A model generated the notes under the pieces. That model was not told the DNA's origin. It did not search any database and worked only from the letters and a program-made list of their open reading frames with translations. This document shows positions 18,928 to 27,813 of a stretch of 64,000 nt of DNA, one piece after another. Source of the DNA: an uncultured beta proteobacterium (GTDB lineage Bacteria > Pseudomonadota > Gammaproteobacteria > Burkholderiales > SG8-39); assembly GCA_963789885.1 (NCBI GenBank), contig CAWBNB010000010.1, forward strand, positions 334,312-398,311. The letters are read 5' to 3'. Each line of letters begins with the position of its first letter. Position 1 is the first letter of the stretch. Position numbers and translations under genes: made by a program.

Positions 18928-20757
18928 TCAGGCGGCTTCCGCGACCACTATCGGCTTCACCGGCAGCGTGACGGTGAACTTCGTGCCGGTGCCGACCCTC
19001 GAGGCGACGTCGATCCGCCCGCCGTGGCTCTCCACGATCTTGTAGGTGATCGAGAGCCCGAGCCCGGTCCCCTTGCCGACCTCCTTGGTGGTGAAGAAGG
19101 GGTCGAAGATCTTGGGCAGCACGTCCTCGGGAATGCCGTGGCCGTTGTCGGCGATCTCGATCGCGACCCGCCCCGGATCCGGCTGGAAGGTCCGCACCGT
19201 GATCACGCCGCCCTCCTCGGGCGTCGCCTGAGCGGCATTGGTCAGGAGGTTCAGGAACACCTGGTTCATCTGCGACGGCGCGCACGGCACCTTGGGGATC
19301 CGGCCGAGCACCTGCCGGACGGTGCGCTTCTTCAGCTGGTTCTTCGCGATCGTCAGCGCCGAGGCGATGCCCTCGTTCAGGTCGAACTCGGCGATCTTGC
19401 TGCGGTCGAGGCGCGCGAAGTTCTTGAGGTTGGTGACGAGCTCCGCGATCTGGCCGATCCCGTACAGCCCGTCCTTCACGAGCGAGTCGATGTCCGGGAA
19501 GGTGCCGCCGGAGTGCGCGCCGGCGAGCGCCTGCGACGCGGTGGCGAACTGCGCCGACAGCTCGGCCTCGCTCACCTTGTCCGAATGCAGCATCCCGACG
19601 AGCTTCTCGGATGCCGCCAGCGCCTGCGCCACCTTCGGCATGCTCCCCTTCACCGTCTCCAGGCTCGCCTTCACGTACGCGAGCGGCGTGTTCACCTCGT
19701 GCGCGACGCCGGCGACCATCTGACCGAGCGAGGACATCTTTTCGCTCTGGATCAGCAGCGTCTCCTGCTCCTTGAGCTGCGCCATCGCGTTCTTCAGGTC
19801 GCGCGTGCGCTCCTCGACGCGATGCTCGAGGAACTCGTTCGCCTCGCGCAGCTTGCGGTTGAGGCTGCTGATGACGCGATAGTTGGCGGTCAGCCGCCAG
19901 GCGAGCCACGCCGCAAGCAGGAGGAGCAGGCCCGAGTACACGAGGAGATACATGCGGTAGCGCTCGGCGTCGGCGAGCGAGTCGCCGAAGCCGCCCTCGA
20001 AGGCCCGCAGCGCCGTGTCCAGCCGCGGGCCGGTCGAGGTGAAGTAGGCGTCCCGGAAGCGCGCGTCCTCGGCCGCTCGGTCAGCGAGCACCTTGCGCGC
20101 TGCGGCGACGAAGCGCTCGACCTCCGTGCGGGCGAGGTCCGGCACCTCCGCCCCGGCGAGGTCGGCGATCGCGCCTTCCGCGCCCTTCGCCGTCGCCGCG
20201 GACGGCTGCGCCACGTAGGCGAGCAGCGCCTCGTAGACGCGCTCGGCATCGCGCGTCACGCCCGGCGCGATCCCCGACGACCGCTCGCGCGCGTACGCGC
20301 CGAACGCATCGTGCACGCGCCTCAGCTCGGCGAGCGATTGCGCATCGGCCGCGCTCGCGGCCGCGAAGGCCTCGACCGCCGTCGTCTTCGCGCCGAACGC
20401 GTCCTTCAGCCCGATGAGCATCGTCGGCGGCAGGGGATTGTCGAGGTCGTGGACCTTCAGCGCGAGCAGCGCGTGGAGGCGCGCGAGCTTCGTCGGGTCG
20501 ACCGACGAGCGCGGGGCCGCGCCGGCGTCCGCGCCGACCGCGAGCCGCGTCCCGATCAGCCAATCGTTCCAGCGGCCATCGATTTCCCGCAGCTCGCGCA
20601 GGCTCGCGAGCACGTCGGTCGCCGCCGTGAGATCGACCGCCCGCGCCTTGACGTAGAGGTAACCCCAGCCGCCGAAGAGGAGGATCGCCAGGGTGGCGAT
20701 CGCCGCGTAGCGGAGCGGTCTCGCGACCGCGGTCCAGGTCCCGACCTGGACGCTCAT
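18928..20757 (-). CDS. membrane sensor histidine kinase with all-helical periplasmic (DAHL-like) domain
   Basis: Two TM segments flank a helical domain. H-box [10 protein letters not shown]-box [23 protein letters not shown] and GTGLGL. Confidence 0.9.
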   Translation of the reverse strand: MSVQVGTWTAVARPLRYAAIATLAILLFGGWGYLYVKARAVDLTAATDVLASLRELREIDGRWNDWLIGTRLAVGADAGAAPRSSVDPTKLARLHALLALKVHDLDNPLPPTMLIGLKDAFGAKTTAVEAFAAASAADAQSLAELRRVHDAFGAYARERSSGIAPGVTRDAERVYEALLAYVAQPSAATAKGAEGAIADLAGAEVPDLARTEVERFVAAARKVLADRAAEDARFRDAYFTSTGPRLDTALRAFEGGFGDSLADAERYRMYLLVYSGLLLLLAAWLAWRLTANYRVISSLNRKLREANEFLEHRVEERTRDLKNAMAQLKEQETLLIQSEKMSSLGQMVAGVAHEVNTPLAYVKASLETVKGSMPKVAQALAASEKLVGMLHSDKVSEAELSAQFATASQALAGAHSGGTFPDIDSLVKDGLYGIGQIAELVTNLKNFARLDRSKIAEFDLNEGIASALTIAKNQLKKRTVRQVLGRIPKVPCAPSQMNQVFLNLLTNAAQATPEEGGVITVRTFQPDPGRVAIEIADNGHGIPEDVLPKIFDPFFTTKEVGKGTGLGLSITYKIVESHGGRIDVASRVGTGTKFTVTLPVKPIVVAEAA

Positions 20758-20860
20758 CCGCGGGCCTTCCGCTCGGGGCGACCGGACCGGCCCCGGGGGG
20801 AGGCTGGCGGGAGGAAGCTAAGTTTCGGAATCGGCACGTGAATCCGGGAGTTCAAAGTGC

Positions 20861-20876
20861 CGCAAAGTATATGCCA
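20861..20876 (-). promoter_or_regulatory. sigma54 (-24/-12) promoter
   Basis: TGGCATATACTTTGCG on the minus strand with exact GG-N10-GC spacing, about 100 bp upstream of the HK start. Confidence 0.7.
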
Positions 20877-20941
20877 CCGGCAAGTGCCCCGCGCGGTACA
20901 ACTTGGTACCGGGGCGCGGACCGTTTCCGGGCCATCCGGGG

Positions 20942-20961
20942 TTTGACAATCTTTGACAATC
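20942..20961. promoter_or_regulatory. perfect 10-bp tandem direct repeat, candidate activator site
   Basis: TTTGACAATC twice, about 65 bp upstream of the sigma54 box. Confidence 0.5.
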
Positions 20962-21045
20962 GCTCTCTCAGGCGAAGTAACGCCGCGGCGCGTCGCCCGG
21001 CATCCGGGAGCGCGAGGGGCGTACCCCTCGTGAGGTGATGATCGC

Positions 21046-21858
21046 CTATGGCGACCTCCCGTCCCACCGCTGCAGGCACGTCCAGGCAACGAGCGCGGCA
21101 TCGACGGTGAAGAGATGGGGCACCTCGAGCTGTTCGCGCACGGCATCGAACGGCAGGAGCTCGAAGCCGGCCACTTCCCCGTCCTCGTTCCGGGGCTCGA
21201 AACCGGCCCCGAGCACGAGATCGAATGCCTCGACCTCGTTGGCGTCTAGCCCGTCCGCAACCACGTAGTCGAACGCGAGCGAATCGCGCGGCCGCGCGCG
21301 CCGCGCGAGCTCGAACGGCAGCCCGGCCTCCTCGCGGCACTCCTTCATCAACGTCTGCCAGGCGTCGAGACCAGCGGCGACGACGCCGCCGACGAGATTG
21401 TCGAGCTTCCCCGGGTCGGTCGCCTTGGTGGCGCTGCGGCAGGCGACCCACATCGCGAGGCCGGCGTCGGTCTCGACGATGCCGTTCAGGTGCGCCGCCC
21501 GGCCGCGGATCCCGAAGCGCTTCACCGCCGCGCGCTCGATCCGCGCGAGCGGCTCGCCGCTCGCCTCGGCGTAGATCTCGTACGGCTCGTCGCGCCAGCC
21601 GGTCACGAGCCCCTCGTCGCGGAGCCGCGACGCGACCCGCGCGAGCGCCTCGGTCCGTGCCGCCGGCGTCGCGAGCGCATCGGCGAGCGACACGCGCTGC
21701 GACTCGCGCGTGAACACCTCGGGAAAGCGCGCGAGCACCGCGGCGAACTCGGGCCGCACCCAGCCAAAGCGGCGCTCCGCCGCGCGGAGCGGGAGAAACT
21801 CGGCGTAGTCGACCGCGAGCGCCTGCGTGAGCCATGCCGGCGGCGGCACGCGGCTCAC
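21046..21858 (-). CDS. NUDIX hydrolase with DUF4743 N-terminal domain
   Basis: GWRDEPY, IERAA...FG, HLNG, K.TDPGKLDNLVGG, Nudix box KECREEAGL and NEDGEVAGF. Confidence 0.88.
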   Translation of the reverse strand: MSRVPPPAWLTQALAVDYAEFLPLRAAERRFGWVRPEFAAVLARFPEVFTRESQRVSLADALATPAARTEALARVASRLRDEGLVTGWRDEPYEIYAEASGEPLARIERAAVKRFGIRGRAAHLNGIVETDAGLAMWVACRSATKATDPGKLDNLVGGVVAAGLDAWQTLMKECREEAGLPFELARRARPRDSLAFDYVVADGLDANEVEAFDLVLGAGFEPRNEDGEVAGFELLPFDAVREQLEVPHLFTVDAALVAWTCLQRWDGRSP

Positions 21859-22493
21859 GCCTCCTTCGCCGGCAGCTCGAGGACGACGCGCGCGATGCGG
21901 TCGAGCGCCTCGTCCGCGGTCGCCATCGGCTCGACGCCCGCGAGCGGCGCGGCCCCGCCGACGGCGAGCACCGGCTTGCCGAACTGCAGCCCGAACGCCA
22001 TCTCCGAGATCGTGCCGTAGCCGCCGCCGATGGCGACGAGCGCGAGCGCCGCGCGCGCGATCAGCGCGTTCCGCGCGACGCCGATACCGGTCGCGATCGG
22101 GATCGTCACCCACGGGTTCGCCGTGCGCCAGTCGCCGTCGGGCAGCAGGCCGACGACGGTACCGCCAGCCTCGGCGGCGCCTTTCGACACCGCCGTCATC
22201 ACGCCCACGAGACCGCCGCAGAGGAGGGCGAGCCCCATCTCGGCGAGGCCGCGCCCGAGCGCGAGCGCATCGGCGAGCTGCGCCTCGGTCGCCTCGCGCG
22301 CACCGATCACGCCGATCGGAGGCCGGCAGGGTCGACCGCTTTCGCGCTGCAACCAGCGCACCGCGTCGCGCAGCGCGACCGGCGCGCCCGACGCGGGGTC
22401 CGGCCGCCACACGCGCGCCTCGGGATCGAACCGGCCGAAGCCCGCGTGGCGAAGCACGCCGGCGTTGCGATCGAGCAGCAGTCGGGAACTCAT
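21855..22493 (-). CDS. TIGR00725/LOG (SLOG) family nucleotide-binding protein
   Basis: IGVIG, CGGLVGVM.AV.KGA, TG.G.ARN and IGGGYGTISE. Confidence 0.88.
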   Translation of the reverse strand: MSSRLLLDRNAGVLRHAGFGRFDPEARVWRPDPASGAPVALRDAVRWLQRESGRPCRPPIGVIGAREATEAQLADALALGRGLAEMGLALLCGGLVGVMTAVSKGAAEAGGTVVGLLPDGDWRTANPWVTIPIATGIGVARNALIARAALALVAIGGGYGTISEMAFGLQFGKPVLAVGGAAPLAGVEPMATADEALDRIARVVLELPAKEA

Positions 22494-22614
22494 CGGGGCC
22501 GGGCGGACTCTACCCCAAAGGCGCCGACGCCGGCGGGTTTCATGCGCCCGTCATGACGCTCGCGTAAGGTTCCGCCAGCTCCCGACGACACGATCACCCC
22601 GAGGACACGATCCT

Positions 22615-22935
22615 ATGTCACTCCTCCACGACACACTGCGCGCCACGGCCAGCACGCTCCTCGGCCAGCGCTCCGACGATCTGCTCCCGCCCGACGCGCA
22701 GCTCGCGGTGGGCGTCGGCTACGCCGCGCTCACGCGCGACGGCGTGCCGGTCTACGAAGCCGAATGCTTCGCGCTCGAGGACGTGTGGACGGTACGGGAC
22801 GCCGAGCGGCTCGCTGCGCGCGAGCCGGCGCGCGACTGGCGCATCCATCTCGTCGCGCTCCGCGACGAGCGCCACTATCGCCGCAGCGGCGACGGGCGCT
22901 GGGTGCTGTACGAGCGGGGGTACGGGCTGTCGTAG
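22615..22935 (+). CDS. hypothetical protein, 106 aa
   Basis: ATG after GAGGA; coding-like codon usage; C-terminal DWRIHL...RHYRR.GDGRWVL..RG.G. Confidence 0.65.
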   Translation: MSLLHDTLRATASTLLGQRSDDLLPPDAQLAVGVGYAALTRDGVPVYEAECFALEDVWTVRDAERLAAREPARDWRIHLVALRDERHYRRSGDGRWVLYERGYGLS

Positions 22936-22971
22936 CGCCGCCCGCCTCCCGCTGCCGGGAGGCGACCGGCC

Positions 22972-23682
22972 TCACTCGAAGCCGCGGTTGGGATGCGCGT
23001 CGACGAAGTTCGCGAGCGCGTCGAGGAAGTACGGCGGCACGTCGCAGGTGTCGTCCTCGAACCAGCGGTGCGCGGCACGCTTGCCCGACTCCACGCCCTC
23101 CTTCAGGCGCTCGAACCCGTCCAGCCGGCGTTCGTCCGAGAGGAGCCGCCAGCGGTCCAAAATGCCGTAGAGGTCGACGTCGGAGTCCTTGCCGAAGATC
23201 CCGTCGGAGTCGACGGCCGCGAGGTAGTAGGTCGCGACCTCCGCACCCCACTGGTCGCACAGCTCGAGCTGGCGCTTGGAGAGCCGCGCCAGGTTCGCGC
23301 GGAAGCCCATGTGCTTCGCGCGGTGCGCCTGGGCGAGCCCGATCGCAAAGCCGAGCGTGAACGCGGCGAACGCCGGGTGGAAGAGCGGATGGCGGGTCAG
23401 GTCCTCGCGCCGGTCGCCGGCGACCGCGACCGAGTGGCGCATCACGACGTGCAGGTCCTTCAGGTGCTTGAGACCGAAGGGCACGTCGACCAGCGAGTCG
23501 AGTCCCTCCTCCTCCTCGAGCAGCCGGAAGAGCGGGTTCGTCTCGCCCGCGGCGAGCTCGCCGCTGTTCGACGTCTTGCCCCAGGAGATGTAGTCGTCGT
23601 CGCTCATCGCGCCGCCGTCGGCGTTCGGATCGAGCTTCGCACGGCGAAGACCGAGAGACGAGACCAAGGATGAATTCGCCAT
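22972..23682 (-). CDS. hypothetical protein, 236 aa
   Basis: Strong GC3 bias and globular composition. No family recognised. Confidence 0.7.
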   Translation of the reverse strand: MANSSLVSSLGLRRAKLDPNADGGAMSDDDYISWGKTSNSGELAAGETNPLFRLLEEEEGLDSLVDVPFGLKHLKDLHVVMRHSVAVAGDRREDLTRHPLFHPAFAAFTLGFAIGLAQAHRAKHMGFRANLARLSKRQLELCDQWGAEVATYYLAAVDSDGIFGKDSDVDLYGILDRWRLLSDERRLDGFERLKEGVESGKRAAHRWFEDDTCDVPPYFLDALANFVDAHPNRGFE

Positions 23683-23896
23683 TCTCGAGGGCTGATTCGG
23701 CTCACTCCGCGCGACCTGCGCGCGGGACGGATAACGGGTGTCGCGCGGGGGGGCAGGCGTCGCACCGGCGATTTCACGATGCCGTAATCCCGCCCCGACC
23801 GCGGACCCCGCATACGTAGCAAGAACGATACCGAAGTCGCTCGGGCCGCGCGAAACGTGTCACGCACGGTCGCGAGGAACCTGCCGCATCGGCTTA

Positions 23897-23909
23897 CAAG
23901 CCATTGATT
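23897..23909 (-). promoter_or_regulatory. putative IHF binding site
   Basis: AATCAATGGCTTG matches WATCAANNNNTTR, inside a ~570-bp divergent intergenic region. Confidence 0.4.
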
Positions 23910-24255
23910 CGGAGCCGCTTGCACAGGCAATAGTAGACGCACCCGCCGCCTGTGCGCAGGCGCGCTGCCGAGCGCGGCTCGACGGCGGCGGCACAAATTG
24001 GCGTCGCGGAATCGGCACGAATCCGCGCAGCACGTCAGGTTCGAACACCTCTGGCCACATGGCCTAGTTCCTCCTGCGCCGCACGGCGCGATCGGACATC
24101 GCGGGGCGCCATAGGAGCGAGGCGCTGCGCGCCCCGAACTAACCCGTGGGTACTAAGGAGATGGCCCGATTTCTAGATGCGGCGCGTTTCCCGATACTGG
24201 CGTCGCTGTTGGAACGAACCCTACCCACTCAACTTTGATTGAAAGGACCGACCAA

Positions 24256-24450
24256 ATGAAACGCAACCTGATCGCCATCGCCGTCTGCACCCTCGGCCTC
24301 GCTACCGCTGCCGTCGCCGAGCCCACGCTTAACCTGGAAGAGAACGCGATCGTCAAGAACGCGCCGGAAGCGACCTCCTACCAGGCCGACATGCAGCAGG
24401 CCGGTGGCCGCACGATGAGCGACGAAGTCTCGTCGTTCACTCACCCGTAG
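24256..24450 (+). CDS. small secreted protein, tandem copy 1 (64 aa)
   Basis: AGGA RBS; Sec-like signal MKRNLIAIAVCTLGLATAAVA; paralogue of the next ORF. Confidence 0.8.
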   Translation: MKRNLIAIAVCTLGLATAAVAEPTLNLEENAIVKNAPEATSYQADMQQAGGRTMSDEVSSFTHP

Positions 24451-24480
24451 TCCCAACCTTCACTTGACAGGACCGACCAA

Positions 24481-24675
24481 ATGAAACGCAACCTGATCGC
24501 CATCGCCATCTGCACCCTCGGCCTCGCCACGGCCGCCGTCGCCGAGCCCACGCTCAACACGGACGCCAACGTCGTGAAGTTCAACGCGCCGGAAGCGACC
24601 TCCTACCAGGCCGACGTGCAGCAGGCCGGTGGCCGCACGATGCGCGACGAAATCGCGCCCTTCACCAACCCGTAA
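24481..24675 (+). CDS. small secreted protein, tandem copy 2 (64 aa)
   Basis: Same AGGACCGACCAAATGAAACGCAAC leader, signal peptide and NAPEATSYQAD.QQAGGRTM core. Confidence 0.8.
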   Translation: MKRNLIAIAICTLGLATAAVAEPTLNTDANVVKFNAPEATSYQADVQQAGGRTMRDEIAPFTNP

Positions 24676-24690
24676 GCCTCGCTCGCTCGA

Positions 24691-24720
24691 GCTGCCGGCG
24701 CGGAACATCGCGCCGGCAGC
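24691..24720 (+). terminator. GC-rich stem-loop after the tandem small ORFs
   Basis: GCTGCCGGCGCG-GAACAT-CGCGCCGGCAGC, a perfect 12-bp stem with no U tract. Confidence 0.5.
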
Positions 24721-24749
24721 CCGGGGTCACGCCGGCAGGACCGTGTGCC

Positions 24750-24971
24750 ATGGGATATTGCCTCTTCTGCAGCTTGCTTCTCCTCTCGACCACCGGACTC
24801 CCGCCGCTCGCGGCCTCCGCCGATCAAGGCGGCCGGCTCGTCGGCGTGCACGAGATCCCGCTGTTCGTTCGCGACCGCATCGAGCTGACCCCCGGGACGT
24901 TCGACGGGGGCGAGCCGCCGGCCGACCCGCGGCCCAAGCATCACGTCACCGAGGACGCCGGCGCGGGTTGA
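24750..24971 (+). CDS. hypothetical small protein (73 aa), possibly exported
   Basis: ATG after AGGA; hydrophobic N-terminus with CLFC. Confidence 0.4.
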   Translation: MGYCLFCSLLLLSTTGLPPLAASADQGGRLVGVHEIPLFVRDRIELTPGTFDGGEPPADPRPKHHVTEDAGAG

Positions 24972-24989
24972 TCCGCTACACTCGGCCGC

Positions 24990-26246
24990 GTGAAACGCAC
25001 CGGTCGTGATCGGGTTGCCGCGCTCCGCGAGGCAAGCCCTCTTCGTACCCCCCGAACTAGCACGAAACGCCGCGCTGCGGCGTCAATCCCCGCGCTGGAA
25101 CCGACACGCGAGCCCTTGAAGCGGCTCGAAGCCGGACTTCCCGCAGCCTGGTTCCACGATCCGGCGCACTTCCGGCAGGAGCTGGAGGCGTTCTGGTACG
25201 CCCGCTGGATCGCCGTCGCGCGCGAGGAGGAGATCGCCGCGGCCGGCAATTACCGCGTCGTCGCGATCGGCACCCAGTCGATCGTCGTCCTGCGCGCGGA
25301 GGACGGCGGTCTGCGCGCCTTCCACAACACCTGCCGTCATCGCGGCTCGATCCTCTGCACCGCGCAACAGGGTGCGTTCGCGCGCAGCCGCATCGTCTGC
25401 CCCTATCACGCCTGGACGTACGACCTCGACGGCCACCTGATCGCCACGCCGCGGCGGATGGCCACACCGGACTTCGCGTTCGAGAAGTTCGCCCTGTTCG
25501 CGGTCGCAGTCGAGAGCTGGGGCGGCTTCGTGTTCGTGAATCTGGCCGGCCGCAAGGCGCGGCCGCTCGCCGACTCGCTCGGCGGGCTCCCGGCGCGTTT
25601 CGAGCGGTACGGCTTCGCCGGGCTGCGGATCGGCAAACGCATCGTTGCCGACGTGCGCGCCAACTGGAAGCTGCTCTGCGAGAACTTCTCGGAGTGCTTC
25701 CACTGCCCGCTGGTGCATCCGGAGCTCTGCCGCGTCGTGACGGCGTACCGCGAAGCCGGGGTGTGGGGTCTGCACCGCGACGAGCGCGGCCGTGCGGTGC
25801 CGGAGACGAAGCCCGAATACAAGGCCGGCGCGCAGACCCTGACGCTCGACGGCACGGCGAAGATCCTGCCGTTTCGCGGCCTGAACGACGCGGAGCGCGC
25901 GACGCTATACGTGCCGGCGATGCTGCCGCCGGGACTCTTCCTGAACGTGCAACCGGACTACGTGAACGCGCACATGATGGTTCCCACCGGGCCGGAGAGC
26001 GTGCGCATCGTGTACGACTGGCTGTTCGAGCCGGAGGCGCTGGCAGACCCGGGCTTCGACCTCGACCACTACGTCGCGCTATGGGACGTCACGAACAAGC
26101 AGGATGCGCGCAACTGCGAATGGCAGCAGCAAGGCATCCACTCGCGCGAGTTCCGGCACGGTCACTTCGTCCCGCAAGAGTTCGACTGCCACCGGTTCGC
26201 GGAATGGGTGCGGGCCGGGCTCGCCGCGAAGCGCGCGCGGCGGTGA
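24990..26246 (+). CDS. Rieske non-heme iron oxygenase alpha subunit (choline/glycine-betaine monooxygenase-like)
   Basis: CRHRG..CPYHAW Rieske motif; NWKLLCENFSECFHC..VH; QD...CE..Q.G. Start uncertain. Confidence 0.9.
   Translation: MKRTGRDRVAALREASPLRTPRTSTKRRAAASIPALEPTREPLKRLEAGLPAAWFHDPAHFRQELEAFWYARWIAVAREEEIAAAGNYRVVAIGTQSIVVLRAEDGGLRAFHNTCRHRGSILCTAQQGAFARSRIVCPYHAWTYDLDGHLIATPRRMATPDFAFEKFALFAVAVESWGGFVFVNLAGRKARPLADSLGGLPARFERYGFAGLRIGKRIVADVRANWKLLCENFSECFHCPLVHPELCRVVTAYREAGVWGLHRDERGRAVPETKPEYKAGAQTLTLDGTAKILPFRGLNDAERATLYVPAMLPPGLFLNVQPDYVNAHMMVPTGPESVRIVYDWLFEPEALADPGFDLDHYVALWDVTNKQDARNCEWQQQGIHSREFRHGHFVPQEFDCHRFAEWVRAGLAAKRARR
25032..25084. repeat. dispersed REP/MITE-like repeat, copy 2
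   Basis: GCAAGCCCTCTTCGTACCCCCCGAACTAGCACGAAACGCCGCGCTGCGGCGTC, similar to 8039-8088. Confidence 0.65.
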
Positions 26247-26265
26247 TCGTCCGTCGGCCCGCTCT

Positions 26266-27807
26266 TCAGGCCATCCCGACCGCCGGCTGCCGCTCGCGTC
26301 GGGCGTCGTCCGGCCGCGCGGCGATCATCGCTTCGAGCTCCTTCCGCACCTTCGCGCAGCCGGGATCGTCGAAGCGGTTGTCCATCTCGTCCGGGTCGTT
26401 CGCGAGGTCGTAAAGCTCGCCGGCGCCGGTCGATTGCTCGACCGTCAGCTTGTGCGTGTGCGTCCGCACGGTGCGGAGCTTCAGCTCGACGCCGCAGCGC
26501 GACGCGGAAAGATCCCACTCGTGGAACGCGAAGTCGCGCGAGTCGCCGGCGCGCTCGATCAGCCCGCGCAGGCTGCGGCTGTGCCAGTCCGCGACCGGTG
26601 CGACGCCGGCGTAGTCGAGCATCGTCGCCGGGACGTCGAGAGTGGAAACCGGATCGGCGACCACCTTGCCCTTGGGCACGCCGGGACCGCGCGCGAGGAG
26701 GCCGATCCGCAGCAGGCCCTCGTACATCATCGGTCCCTTGAGCACGAGGCCGTGATCGCCGAGCCAGTCGCCGTGATCGGTGGTGTAGAGCACGAGCGTG
26801 TCGTCGGCGAGGCCGAGCTCCTGCAGCGCGATCAGCGTGCGGCCGACGTTGTGGTCGATGAGCGAGATCATCCCGTAGTAGTTGGCGATCAGCTCGCGCA
26901 GCTGGCGATCGGTCTGCTGCGGAATCCGCGAGTACTCCTCGCGGATCCGGCGCAGGTCCTCCTGGATGATCGGCTTCCCCTCCATCGCCGCCTTGTGCCA
27001 CCACGGCCGCCGCTCGTAGTCGAGCGTGCGATGCGCCGGCAGATCCACGTCGTCCGGGTCGTGCATCCGGCTCCAGGGGTCCGGCGCGTCGAACGGATGG
27101 TGCGGATCGGGATACGAGGCCCAGACGCAGAAGGGCCGGTCCTGGTTCGCGCGCAGGAACTCGATCGTCCGGTCGCCGATCCAGGTCGAGTTGTGCCAGG
27201 CCGGCGGCAGCGCCGAATGGAACGTCTGTGCCGCGCTCGACAGCGGCGGCAGCTGCGTCTGATAGAGGCGGTTGCGCTCGTCGCCGTTGCCGTCGGCGTA
27301 GTACCAGCGCGAGTAGTGCTGGCCGAACGGCGGCTTCATCGGCAGCCAGTAGTTGTGCCCTTCGGTCACGAGCTCCACGTACCGGAACCCCATGTAGGGG
27401 CCGGTCCAATCGGCGCCGTAGCGATCCATGCTGTAGCGGCACTCCGGCGTGCCGGTCGCCTTGAAGGTGTGCATCGTCGCGAAGTGCGCCTTGCCGATGA
27501 AGCCGGTCGCATAGCCGGCGCGATGGAACGCTTCGGGGAAGCTCAAGCTCCCGTAGGCGGGATCGAGGTCGATGCCGTTGTCGCACACGCCGTGCGTGCG
27601 CGGCAGCAGCCCGGTGAGAATCGACGCGCGCGAGGGCTGGCACACCACGTTCGGCGTGATGCACGCCGAGAAGCGCGTCCCGTCGCGCGCGAGCTGGTCG
27701 AGATGGGGCGTGCGGACCCTGCGCCCTTCGAAGCCGAAGCAGTCTCCGCGCTGCTGGTCGGAGGTGATGAAGAGGATGTTCGGTCGTTTGCGGCGGGTTT
27801 CCGGCAT
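26266..27807 (-). CDS. Cys-type sulfatase-like hydrolase
   Basis: PNILFITSDQ, CQPSRASILTG (CxPxR), GKAH, PHHPF, DHG and ELYDL..DPDE. Confidence 0.92.
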   Translation of the reverse strand: MPETRRKRPNILFITSDQQRGDCFGFEGRRVRTPHLDQLARDGTRFSACITPNVVCQPSRASILTGLLPRTHGVCDNGIDLDPAYGSLSFPEAFHRAGYATGFIGKAHFATMHTFKATGTPECRYSMDRYGADWTGPYMGFRYVELVTEGHNYWLPMKPPFGQHYSRWYYADGNGDERNRLYQTQLPPLSSAAQTFHSALPPAWHNSTWIGDRTIEFLRANQDRPFCVWASYPDPHHPFDAPDPWSRMHDPDDVDLPAHRTLDYERRPWWHKAAMEGKPIIQEDLRRIREEYSRIPQQTDRQLRELIANYYGMISLIDHNVGRTLIALQELGLADDTLVLYTTDHGDWLGDHGLVLKGPMMYEGLLRIGLLARGPGVPKGKVVADPVSTLDVPATMLDYAGVAPVADWHSRSLRGLIERAGDSRDFAFHEWDLSASRCGVELKLRTVRTHTHKLTVEQSTGAGELYDLANDPDEMDNRFDDPGCAKVRKELEAMIAARPDDARRERQPAVGMA

Positions 27808-27813
27808 TCGTGG

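Noticed and set aside
18926-19909. N-terminal 327-aa extension of the Ser/Thr kinase ORF
   Set aside because: Alternative frame of the HK gene. The real start is ATG 18925, directly after the HK stop.
24198-24213. sigma54 promoter for the tandem peptides (TGGCGTCGCTGTTGG)
   Set aside because: The -12 element is GG rather than GC.
24243-24675. CRISPR or tandem DNA repeat array
   Set aside because: Only two ~225-bp units, both open reading frames with RBS and signal peptide; no cas genes.
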